A stretch of DNA of 64,000 nucleotides from Armatimonadota bacterium (GTDB taxonomy: Bacteria; Armatimonadota; UBA5829; DTJY01), in assembly GCA_023511795.1 (NCBI GenBank), contig JAIMAU010000006.1, positions 77,730-141,729 of the forward strand. The letters run 5' to 3'. The notes below the pieces were generated by a model. That model ran no database searches and was not told the origin of the DNA. It was given only the letters and a program-made list of their open reading frames with translations. Shown here in pieces: positions 51,624 through 61,093 of the stretch; the stretch's first letter is position 1; every line of letters begins with the position of its first letter. A program made the translations under genes and the position numbers.

Positions 51624-53744
51624 CTATTCGCCGGGGTCGGGCATTTTTTGAGATAGTGAGTTCAGCAATGCAGGCACCGGATTAAACCCATACCTCTTGC
51701 AGAGATGTATTTCTTCCCACGCCTTAGCATATTCTCCTTTGTAAAAGTATGCCGCCGCCAAGTTATGGTGCGCTTCAGCATGGTCTGGCCTGATTCTTAT
51801 GGCGCGTTTATATTCCTTTATTGCTTCGTCATACTTCTTTTGAAGCAACAAAACATTGCCCAAATTGTTTAGTGCCTCTGGGTATTCGGGCTTGTAGCGA
51901 ATAGCCTCGCGATATGCCTTAATCGCTTCATCAAACCTGCCAAGTCGCTTTAGTGCCAACCCCATATTGTAATGCGCCTCAGCAAACGAAGGCTTTAGCT
52001 CAATAGCCTTTTTGTACTCTGCCAAAGCCTCGTCATACTTGCCTTGATCAGCAAGCATTTTTCCTATGCTAAGGTGGGCGCCGGCGTCGTCCTGCTTGAT
52101 TCCCAAAGCCCTGGAATAGTTTTGCAGTGCCTCTTTTGCCTTGCCTTGGGCAGCGAGAACATTACCCATGTTATAGTAGGCCCTTGGGTCATTTGGGTTG
52201 AGTTTGAGCACCTCTTTGTATTCGCGGATGGCGTCGTCGTACATGCCTAATTGAGCATATGCATTCGCCAAGTTACCGTGCGCATCGCCATACATCGGTG
52301 AAATTTCAAGCGCCCGCTTGTAGTGCGGAATCGCCTCCTCCAGTCGCCCCTGCCATGCCAGGGCAATTCCCAAGTTATTGTGTGCCGTGTCGTTATTTTC
52401 CGTAACAGCAAGTGCGCGTTCGAACAAGGTTATGCTGTTCTTCCAATACCCTACTTGAAACCATGTGCCTATCATTAAAGCAACAATTGCGATGCATGCC
52501 GCAAATGGAAAAACGGTCGCCTCTACTTTCTGCCTTCCATCCTCTTTGCCATCGGAATTACTCTTTCTCCTAGTCAATTCGGGTATTCCCCAAGCAATGG
52601 CTATGAAGAGACCAATCAGTGGTATGTATGTATATCTGTCAGCCATCGCCTGCATGCCAACCTGGACAAGACCAATCACTGGTACCAAAGTGCCGAGATA
52701 CCAAAGCCAACCCACCACCAGATATGGTCGCCTGCTCGCAAGCCGCCACACAAAATACGAAATGCTTGCAAGTACAATGAATCCCCACAGGACCTTCCAC
52801 ATCGCCAGGTCTCTACCAGGATGCGGATAAAAGCATGCTAAATCGTTTGGCCAGAGCGTTTTTCGAATATAGCTTGAATATGCAGCAAATGCATTAGCTA
52901 TTCGAACCCCGAATGGGTAAAACTCAAAGGTTTGAACCGAACCCTGTTTCTTCTGAGCATAGAAGGTTATCACACACGACACAAGGGTCATCAGAAAAAG
53001 CGGTGTTTTCTCCCTCAAAAGGTTCATATTTTCACTAAACCTAACAAAACCCTTGCCTGATTTTCGCCCATTCGCTAAATTGCCTGCCTTATGCGTTCCA
53101 TACACGCCGCCAGATACACAAAGCCCTAAATTACTAGAAAACGTCGTACGACCAAGGGGCCAGTAGTCCATTAGAAGGAGCACGAATGGAAGCGTTACGA
53201 GCATTGGCTTTGACATCAAACCAAGTGCAAACAAAATAACGACCGGCAAATAAGTTCCCAGACGCGGGGATGACGCATATCGGAAATATGCCAACATGGT
53301 AAGTAGCCAAAAGAAGGTGCTTAGAACATCCTTTCTCTCTGCAATCCATGCAACCGATTCGACATGCAATGGATGTATGGCAAATAGCGCTGCCACAAAG
53401 CCGCTTCTCCACACACATCCAGTCATTAACATGAGCACCGAAAAGAGAAGCACAACATTTGCTACATGAAATACCAAATTGGTCAAATGGTGGCCCATAG
53501 GATTAGGTCCATAAAGTTGGGCATCGAGCATATGGGATAACCATGTAAGCGGATGCCAGTTGCTCTCGTGAATTTTGGTAAAAGCCCACACAATGCTCGG
53601 CGCCGTTAGACCTGCTTGCACTGGTGGGTTATCCGTTACATACTTATCGTCGTCATAATTAGTAAAGTCATGTCGAAGAACAGGCCAATAGACCGCAACT
53701 GTAATAATGACAAGTAATAATCCCACTAAATATAGGGAGCGCAT
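51624..53744 (-). CDS. TMTC-like GT-C membrane protein with TPRs (paralogue 3)
   Basis: NYDDDKYV, WHPLTW, HPLHVESVAWIAERKD and ADRYTYIP; ATG 53744 avoids overlap with the upstream gene. Confidence 0.85.
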   Translation of the reverse strand: MRSLYLVGLLLVIITVAVYWPVLRHDFTNYDDDKYVTDNPPVQAGLTAPSIVWAFTKIHESNWHPLTWLSHMLDAQLYGPNPMGHHLTNLVFHVANVVLLFSVLMLMTGCVWRSGFVAALFAIHPLHVESVAWIAERKDVLSTFFWLLTMLAYFRYASSPRLGTYLPVVILFALGLMSKPMLVTLPFVLLLMDYWPLGRTTFSSNLGLCVSGGVYGTHKAGNLANGRKSGKGFVRFSENMNLLREKTPLFLMTLVSCVITFYAQKKQGSVQTFEFYPFGVRIANAFAAYSSYIRKTLWPNDLACFYPHPGRDLAMWKVLWGFIVLASISYFVWRLASRRPYLVVGWLWYLGTLVPVIGLVQVGMQAMADRYTYIPLIGLFIAIAWGIPELTRRKSNSDGKEDGRQKVEATVFPFAACIAIVALMIGTWFQVGYWKNSITLFERALAVTENNDTAHNNLGIALAWQGRLEEAIPHYKRALEISPMYGDAHGNLANAYAQLGMYDDAIREYKEVLKLNPNDPRAYYNMGNVLAAQGKAKEALQNYSRALGIKQDDAGAHLSIGKMLADQGKYDEALAEYKKAIELKPSFAEAHYNMGLALKRLGRFDEAIKAYREAIRYKPEYPEALNNLGNVLLLQKKYDEAIKEYKRAIRIRPDHAEAHHNLAAAYFYKGEYAKAWEEIHLCKRYGFNPVPALLNSLSQKMPDPGE

Positions 53745-53808
53745 TCCAAACCACCTTCCACTTCTTGCAAATGCCTTTGATGATACAAGAATTAGACATG
53801 AAGGAGGG

Positions 53809-55653
53809 TCACTCCTTGCCTGCTTTGATTGCCAAAAATTTCCTAAATTCGTGGTCAGGCTTAAAACCATGCTTCTCTGCCAGGCAAAGCTCCTCCCAGG
53901 CACGTTTGTATTCTCCTGCTATGAAGAATGCAACTGCCAAGTTGAAGTGTGCCTCAGCATAACTGGGTCTAATTTCGACAGCCTTAGTTAGATATTTTAT
54001 TGCACTTTGGTTGTCTCCTTTTTGGCCTAATACTGAACCGAGGTTCATCAGCGCCAATACATGGTCAGGCTTTATTGCTAATGCCTTTCTAAATTCCGCC
54101 TCTGCTTTTTCAAGCCTCCCTCGCGAACAAAAAGCAATCCCAAGATTGTAGTAGACATCGGCATCATCTGCGGTTCCCCTCAATGCTCTTGCGAACTCCG
54201 CCCCTGCAGAGTCCAAGTCTCCCTTCTCAGCCAAAGTAGTTGCTAAGTTCAAACGAGCATCGGGGTAATCCGGCCTAATCTCGAGAGCTCTTCGAAAATG
54301 AGCAACCGCTTCATCGATTCTGCCTTTTTCTTTGAGTGCCACCCCTAGGTTGTGATGTGCAAGCCAATTATGCGATGTCACTTTAATAGCATGGCTGAAG
54401 AGAGTCTGGCCATTCTGCCAATAACCAACCTGCACCCAGGTGGAAACCATTAGGACAGCGATGACCAATGGGGCTGCAATAGTGAATATCATGGACTCCG
54501 AAAACCGAGAAAAAGAAAATTTTTCTTCCCTGCTCATATATTCAGCCATGCTGGGCGCCAGCCATGCAATCATTATGAAGATGCCAATTAAAGGAATATA
54601 AGTGTATCTATCTGCCATTGCGTGGGAGCCGACCTGAACGAGCCCAATGACTGGGACAATGGTGATAAGATACCAAAACCACCCTACGGGAAGAAACGGC
54701 TTACGCTTACCTATCGCAAGCACCAAAAACGTTATTGCAACTATTAAGAGAGCTGCCCCGAGCACCTGCCACTCTGGAACTGAATCACCCGGATGCGGGT
54801 AGAATACTGCAAGCCTTCGTGGCCAGACGGTCTTTATAAGGTAGCCTACACACGCAACCAAAGAATTTGACAATCGGATTCCTAATGGAATGGCTTCCAA
54901 ACTTGCCAGGGCCCTGCCGCCTTTTTGAGCGATAAGTGCCCCGACGCTCGCGCCAAATGCGAGTATTAAAAGAGGTATTTTCTCAGCTAAAAGACTCTTG
55001 ACTGAAATCCTATTAATTAGCGAATGGCTTGACAGCGCAGTACGCCCAATAGGCCAGTAGTCCATGAGGAGGAGCACAAGCGGAAGAGTTACCAGCATCG
55101 GCTTGGCCATAAGACCCATTGCGAAAAACACAACAACAAGGATGTAGGTTCCAATCCTCGGAGAAGAGGCATACCTGACATATGCCCACAACGTCAACAT
55201 CAAAAACAGTGTACAAAGCACGTCTTTCCGTTGAGCGACCCACGCCACCGATTCTACATGAAGTGGGTGCACGGCAAACAACGCCGCAACAAACCAGCTC
55301 TTCCATGCTGAGCTAGTCATCTTATTTAAGACGGCAAACAGCAACAAGGTGTTTGCGATATGAAGAAGCAGATTTGTTAGGTGATAAATAAACGGTTTTT
55401 CTCCAAACAAGGTGTGTTCCAGCATGTACGATAGCCAAACCAAAGGGTGCCAGAAACAAGCTTCCGTTGTTGTGAACGCCCAGGTTATCCCCTCAACCGT
55501 CAGCCCACGCTTGACATGGTCGTTCTGTGTAATATAGACATCTTCATCAAAACCAACAAAATCGAAGTTTAATACTCGCCAATATACTGCAATTATTATT
55601 AAGACTAGAAGAAATAAGCGCACATAGCTAGCCAAATTAGGTTTATCTACCAT
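53809..55653 (-). CDS. TMTC-like GT-C membrane protein with TPRs (paralogue 2)
   Basis: GFDEDVYI, WHPLVW, HPLHVESVAWVAQRKD and ADRYTYIP. Confidence 0.85.
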   Translation of the reverse strand: MVDKPNLASYVRLFLLVLIIIAVYWRVLNFDFVGFDEDVYITQNDHVKRGLTVEGITWAFTTTEACFWHPLVWLSYMLEHTLFGEKPFIYHLTNLLLHIANTLLLFAVLNKMTSSAWKSWFVAALFAVHPLHVESVAWVAQRKDVLCTLFLMLTLWAYVRYASSPRIGTYILVVVFFAMGLMAKPMLVTLPLVLLLMDYWPIGRTALSSHSLINRISVKSLLAEKIPLLILAFGASVGALIAQKGGRALASLEAIPLGIRLSNSLVACVGYLIKTVWPRRLAVFYPHPGDSVPEWQVLGAALLIVAITFLVLAIGKRKPFLPVGWFWYLITIVPVIGLVQVGSHAMADRYTYIPLIGIFIMIAWLAPSMAEYMSREEKFSFSRFSESMIFTIAAPLVIAVLMVSTWVQVGYWQNGQTLFSHAIKVTSHNWLAHHNLGVALKEKGRIDEAVAHFRRALEIRPDYPDARLNLATTLAEKGDLDSAGAEFARALRGTADDADVYYNLGIAFCSRGRLEKAEAEFRKALAIKPDHVLALMNLGSVLGQKGDNQSAIKYLTKAVEIRPSYAEAHFNLAVAFFIAGEYKRAWEELCLAEKHGFKPDHEFRKFLAIKAGKE

Positions 55654-57328
55654 CTGGATTTACCTGCCTCTTCCGCAGCATCTCCAGGGCTTGCTTTGCT
55701 GCCCTCAAATTCGGATTAATGCTAACAGCCTTTGCGAACTCCACAGTGGCCTCATCAAATCGGCCCAAGCCAGCCAATATTGCTCCAAGGTTGTAGTGCA
55801 CAAGGGCATTGGTTGGATTGAGGGATATAGCTTTTTGGTATTCACTAATGGCTTCATTAAAACGCCCCAATTTAGAGAGTGCATTACCCATATTGGTGTG
55901 TGCATCGGCATATTCAGGTTTGGCTCGAATAGCAGCGAAATAGTGGCAAATTGCCTCGGTATACCTACCCTCAGCCGCAAGAGCAACTCCCAAATTGTTG
56001 TGCATCAACCAATTATTATGCGTGACGGCGATTGCATGCCGATACAAAGAGATGCTATCTTGCCAGTAGCCAACTTGAACCCAGGTGGAGAACATTATAA
56101 CACCGACTGATATTCCAGCCGCCAATGGCAGAACATTTGAAGTGAAATAGTAAGGCAATCTGCCCTTCAACCTTTCGCCTTGCTTACCTTTGATTCTCAA
56201 ACACCCGACCACGTCCGGAACCCCCCAAGCGATCATAATAAATAGACCAATCAGTGGTATGTATGTATATCTGTCAGCCATCGCCTGCCCGCCAACCTGA
56301 ACAAAACCAATGACAGGAATAAGGGTGCTAAGATACCAAAGCCAGCCTGTTATGAGGAATGGTTTGGTACGTCTCGTAAACACCGCGACCAAAGAAATTG
56401 CCAAGAGAACTAGCATCGCCAAAACAACCTGCCAAGTTGCAATTAAATTACCAGGATGAGGATAGAAAACCGCTAAGTTCCTTGGCCAGAACATCTTGCC
56501 TATATAGTTGACATATGAGAGAACGGCATTAGCTGTGCGGATTCCTAGAGAGTACTGTTCAAAAGAACCAACAGCACCACCCTTCTGCTGAGCAATGTAT
56601 GTTATAACGCAAGACAAGATAGCTAAAATTAACAAAGGTACCTTCTCAAAAAACAGCCCCCTCATGGAAGCCGCTCTTTTAGTTGGCGATGAGCAAGAAG
56701 GAATGGACGAAGAAACACGGCAGAGGGGCCAATAATCCAAAAGAAGGAGCACAAAGGGAAGAGTCACCACCATTGGCTTTGACATTAGACCGAGGATAAA
56801 GAAAACAACAACTAAAGCATATTTGGTGAATATCGGATTTCTAACATATCCGATATATGCCAATATTGTGAGTAAAAAGAAAAACGTGCTTAGAACATCC
56901 TTTTTCTCTGCGACCCATGCTACTGACTCCACGTGAAGAGGATGCAAAGCAAACAACGCCGCAACGAAAGCACCCTTCCATTGTGAACTGGTTATCTTAC
57001 TCAGCAACCCAAAAAGCAATAGGGAATTCACTATGTGAAACATCAAATTAACAAGGTGATGACCAGCAGGCTTTAGCCCAAAGAGCATGCAATCGAGCAT
57101 GTGAAAAATCCAAGTAAGGGGATGCCAGTTGGCGGAATAGAATGATGTGAAAGCCCAATTAAGATTCTCTAAGCTTATCCCTGTCCTGACGTGCTCATTT
57201 AAAAGCACATATGGCTTATCATCGAAAACAAAATCGTGTCCCAGAACTCGACAGAAAACAGCCCCAGTTGCAAATGTCAGAATTAGACCAATGGCAATTG
57301 AAAGTCTGTTCGCATGCAGATGCATCAC
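55643..57328 (-). CDS. TMTC-like GT-C membrane protein with short TPR tail (paralogue 1)
   Basis: VFDDKPYV, WHPLTW, HPLHVESVAWVAEKKD and ADRYTYIP. Confidence 0.85.
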   Translation of the reverse strand: MMHLHANRLSIAIGLILTFATGAVFCRVLGHDFVFDDKPYVLLNEHVRTGISLENLNWAFTSFYSANWHPLTWIFHMLDCMLFGLKPAGHHLVNLMFHIVNSLLLFGLLSKITSSQWKGAFVAALFALHPLHVESVAWVAEKKDVLSTFFFLLTILAYIGYVRNPIFTKYALVVVFFILGLMSKPMVVTLPFVLLLLDYWPLCRVSSSIPSCSSPTKRAASMRGLFFEKVPLLILAILSCVITYIAQQKGGAVGSFEQYSLGIRTANAVLSYVNYIGKMFWPRNLAVFYPHPGNLIATWQVVLAMLVLLAISLVAVFTRRTKPFLITGWLWYLSTLIPVIGFVQVGGQAMADRYTYIPLIGLFIMIAWGVPDVVGCLRIKGKQGERLKGRLPYYFTSNVLPLAAGISVGVIMFSTWVQVGYWQDSISLYRHAIAVTHNNWLMHNNLGVALAAEGRYTEAICHYFAAIRAKPEYADAHTNMGNALSKLGRFNEAISEYQKAISLNPTNALVHYNLGAILAGLGRFDEATVEFAKAVSINPNLRAAKQALEMLRKRQVNPDGR

Positions 57329-58967
57329 CCTCCGGAATCAGCAATTCGCTCATAAATGTAAATATCGTGTTGCTCAGGTAGTCCGCGGCCGTCCGCATCC
57401 CTATCCCAAAGATACAAAGTAAACTCCGGAGAGAGTATATCAATAATGCCAACTGTATGATAATTGTTCATAAGCTGATTTACAAACCAGCCGAATACTA
57501 TATTGGCCGATCCCCTAGCAATACGCCATGAACTTTGCATATTAAAGAAAATTAAATACTTTTGCTTTGTTCTACCAAGAAGCCGAATCATGTCACGCTA
57601 CACATCTCTACAGCATATTTTTGGACTCCCATGAGCGGGTATGTGTAAATATAAGGCACGGCTGAACGACGATGTGCATAGAAGGGTATCTGTGGTTCAG
57701 ATCCAAATACTACAATTCTGTCCCTTTCAGTAGTATGCCTCCGGATATACTTGGCTATCTCTATTGATTCTGGAAACGGGCTGTGCCCGTAAACAGCTCT
57801 GCAAAGCATACGACCGTCTGTTTTAAACAAAAGATCCTCCTGCGTGTAAAGACCATAGTTTGATGCGAATATAAAAATAATGACGGGTATAAAACCGAGC
57901 GATGGGACTTTCGATTCTCTCAATACACGATTTATTGAGACGACGCTTCTAGCAACGAATAACGAGGCTGCGGGTAGCAAAAGTATGAAGTAATGCTGGC
58001 GAAAGTAGAGACCTGGACAACCAGCTAGGAATGAAAATACCAGCAAACCCACAAGAAACGCCGCATGCTCACGGGATTTCCTATCCCAAATAAACGCCGT
58101 CAGCCCAAATGCCGACAGAAACCATAGAGGCAAAACTGGTACCCCTATAACTTCGGCCGTTAGATTGAAATTCTCGATTCCGAAAGGAAGTGTGGTCAAG
58201 CTTGTATATTCGCTTGCATACTTAACCGTCCAGAACCAAAACTTTTCAAAAACCCCCACCGCCAAGAGTATAGCGCACGTAACAACGTAGGGAACTGCAA
58301 CCCCAACCGCCAGTAACCCTTCTGCATTAAGTAGCCTTGGCAACACAACTGAACGATTACTTAATCGAAGGTAGAAAGTATAAAGAATAGCAAAGATTGC
58401 AAAAAACATCCCATGCTGCTTAACAATAATCGCAAAACCAAAAAGCAAGCCGCTTAAGAAGAACATCGATGGCCGCCCTTTTGTGTAGGCTTTCAACAAA
58501 AGAAGCAAACCACCAACTGCAGGCAGTATGACAAAATGCTCAGAGTTGGCCCACAAACTTTGTATCCACGGGCTTATGGAGAACATAGCAAAGCTAATCC
58601 CTGAAATGACCCCAGCACACTCGCCCATCAAACGCTTGCCAACAAAGTAAATAAGAATAATAGTAGCAACATTTACGCCCAGAAGACCAAGGTGAATCCC
58701 AGCTATCGTCTGGCCAAAGAGTAGCATGATTAGCGCGTAGACAACATAGATTCCAGGCAACTTCATACTGTATGCCAGAAGGTAGGGCAGTACTCCATCA
58801 AGCATGAGTTGTGCCATATAGGCATATTCGCCTTCGTCCCTCTCCAATGGAACACCTAGAAATCGGATTCGGACTATAATGATAAGCGCTATTGTAAGGA
58901 GAAGCGCTCCGCGAAGAACCCAAATGTAATGCCACTTAAGCTTTTCTCGCAAGTTTTTCAAACGCAT
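57325..58967 (-). pseudogene. ArnT/GT39-like membrane glycosyltransferase, apparently split near 57600
   Basis: PLERDEGEY and KLPG first-loop motifs, KQHG, HYFI, GSEPQ; the 459-aa ORF stops at 57588 and the frame continues as RDMIRLL... in ORF 57325-57591. Confidence 0.65.
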
Positions 58968-59198
58968 GTTTTCTAATTATGCTTCGAAAAATTGCACTTT
59001 CTGCACTATTGCGACTGAGGGGAATTAAAATTCAAAAAAAGCATTTATATTTGTTGCGTGGCAAGTCTAACACGAGGTTTGACGCGGTGTCAACACGGGC
59101 TAGAATTAATCTGCTCACTTTGGTTGACCCTCATCATAGCCTATGCTATACTTTTTCAAGAATTTTTAAAGATACTTTGGCGGCAAACAAGAATCAAA

Positions 59199-60086
59199 AT
59201 GAATGTTGGGTTAATAATATTGCCCTGGCGATTTTTTAGCGTAGATTACATCTGGCCCGTTGTGGATGTAATTGTAGTCGCCTTTGTCATTTACAAGCTA
59301 ATGATGCTTGTAAAAGGCACGCGCGCATGGCAGATAATGTGGGGATTAGGAATATTCTTCCTCTTAGTTTTTATAAGCGACTACCTCCACCTCCGAGCAC
59401 TCAACTGGATACTTAGAGTATTTGTCCCCTTGGGCCCGGTTGCGCTTGTAATCCTCTTTTTTCCAGAGCTTCGCCATGCCCTTGAGGAAATTGGCCGGCT
59501 AAAATTTCTAGGCCACGGTTTCCATGCTCTAGGGCGAGAAGACATCATGGACTTCGTTGATCAACTTAGCAAGGCTATTGCCGAGATGTCAAGGACCAAA
59601 ACAGGCGCACTTATTGTAATAGAACGTGACGTTGGCCTTGACAACATTATTGCAACTGGCAACAAGCTTGATTCGGCTGTTTCCGCTGAGCTTCTGAAGA
59701 CAATATTTCATCCCGGCAGTCCGCTCCACGATGGGGCGGTTATAATCCGAGGCAACCGAATCGTTGCTGCGAGCTGTACGCTTCCTCTTAGCGACAATCC
59801 AAGGTTTGGTACGATGATTCATACCAGACACAAAGCAGCTCTAGGGGTCGCTGAGGAGAGCGACGCAATCGTATTGGTTGTTTCGGAAGAGACGGGAACA
59901 ATTTCTTATGCAGCAGAAGGAGAGCTTCTCCGCGGGTTGAGCCCTGAACAGGTCCGCGCAAAGCTTATTGAAGCGTTCCAACTTACCCCAGAAGACGAGA
60001 GGAGGTTCAGGCTCGGGCGAACGGTCTCAAACGCATTCTTAAAAGTGCGCATTGGGAGCACGCCAGGCGAGCGGAGAAACCCATGA
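59199..60086 (+). CDS. cdaA: Diadenylate cyclase CdaA
   Basis: Three TM segments, FFPELRHALE, LHDGAV, TRHKAA and VVSEETG; exact start uncertain. Confidence 0.93.
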   Translation: MNVGLIILPWRFFSVDYIWPVVDVIVVAFVIYKLMMLVKGTRAWQIMWGLGIFFLLVFISDYLHLRALNWILRVFVPLGPVALVILFFPELRHALEEIGRLKFLGHGFHALGREDIMDFVDQLSKAIAEMSRTKTGALIVIERDVGLDNIIATGNKLDSAVSAELLKTIFHPGSPLHDGAVIIRGNRIVAASCTLPLSDNPRFGTMIHTRHKAALGVAEESDAIVLVVSEETGTISYAAEGELLRGLSPEQVRAKLIEAFQLTPEDERRFRLGRTVSNAFLKVRIGSTPGERRNP

Positions 60087-61063
60087 TTAGGCACAACTTC
60101 CCATACAAACTACTTGCCTTGGGTATAGCGCTCGTCATATGGTTCTATGCCAACAAGGGATACAACCCAAACGTCTCCAAAGAACTATCCGGCATTCCGC
60201 TGGCAGTCCGCAAGGTCGAACCAGGCCTAATTGTTACCAGCAAACCTGCTACAATCAAGGTCATCCTCGAAGGTCCTCGCGAGCATGTCGACGCAATAGC
60301 TGCAGACCCAGAGGAAATACAAGTGCACGTCAGCGCCCGAGGGAAGGGAGAAGGCAAGCATAAGTTACCAGTAATTGTTACTCCCCCCCAAGGCTATGCT
60401 GGGCTAGTGCGGGGCACAGCCGTTCCCAGCGAAGTCTTCATCACCCTCGTCCGTGAGGCTCGACGGGTTATGAAAGCGGAGGTTGATTTTGCCGGCAGTC
60501 CCCCCGTAGGCTTTCGTTTTGGCGCTCCCTCATTTACGCCTGCTAAGGTAGTTGTTCGGGGAATGCCCGAGCTCGTAAACCGCATAAGCCGCCTAACCGC
60601 AACTGTGCAACCAGGAGAACTAAGAGAGGGAATCATAGAGGGAGACTATCTATTAATTGCGCGGGACAGCAACGACCGCGAGATTCGCGGAATTGATATA
60701 TCGCCAAGCAAAGTTCACCTTCGACTTAGTTTAGAGAAAGTCCCTGCTAGTCGCATGGTATTTGTATGCCCCACAATTGTTGGACGCCCCCCTTTCCCTT
60801 ACAAAGTAAGCAACATTGACGTCCAACCGCAGACAGTAGCACTGAATGGCCGGCCGGAGCATTTGATGCGTATAAGCACGGTGGGAACTGAGACGCTAAA
60901 CCTCTCAAATCGTACTCGGTCTTTTACTCAGCGTCTCAAGATAGTGCCTCCCCCAGGAACTTCCATCTCGAATGGAAGCAGAGTTCAAGTTAGCGTCCAA
61001 ATTGCCTTAATTCAGCCTGAGGCGCCAAGCTCTCCGCCCAAACCCAATAACGAACCGCAGTGA
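60083..61063 (+). CDS. cdaR: CdaR (YbbR-repeat) regulator
   Basis: HNFPYKLLALGIALVIW anchor plus YbbR-like repeats; overlaps the cdaA stop (ATGA). Confidence 0.88.
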   Translation: MIRHNFPYKLLALGIALVIWFYANKGYNPNVSKELSGIPLAVRKVEPGLIVTSKPATIKVILEGPREHVDAIAADPEEIQVHVSARGKGEGKHKLPVIVTPPQGYAGLVRGTAVPSEVFITLVREARRVMKAEVDFAGSPPVGFRFGAPSFTPAKVVVRGMPELVNRISRLTATVQPGELREGIIEGDYLLIARDSNDREIRGIDISPSKVHLRLSLEKVPASRMVFVCPTIVGRPPFPYKVSNIDVQPQTVALNGRPEHLMRISTVGTETLNLSNRTRSFTQRLKIVPPPGTSISNGSRVQVSVQIALIQPEAPSSPPKPNNEPQ

Positions 61064-61093
61064 CCAAGCATATAGCAAGCAGAACTCAAGGAA

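Noticed and set aside
48540-56000. TPR repeats as a CRISPR array, DGR or tandem DNA repeat
   Set aside because: Repeats are degenerate and at protein level; no cas or reverse transcriptase gene in the window
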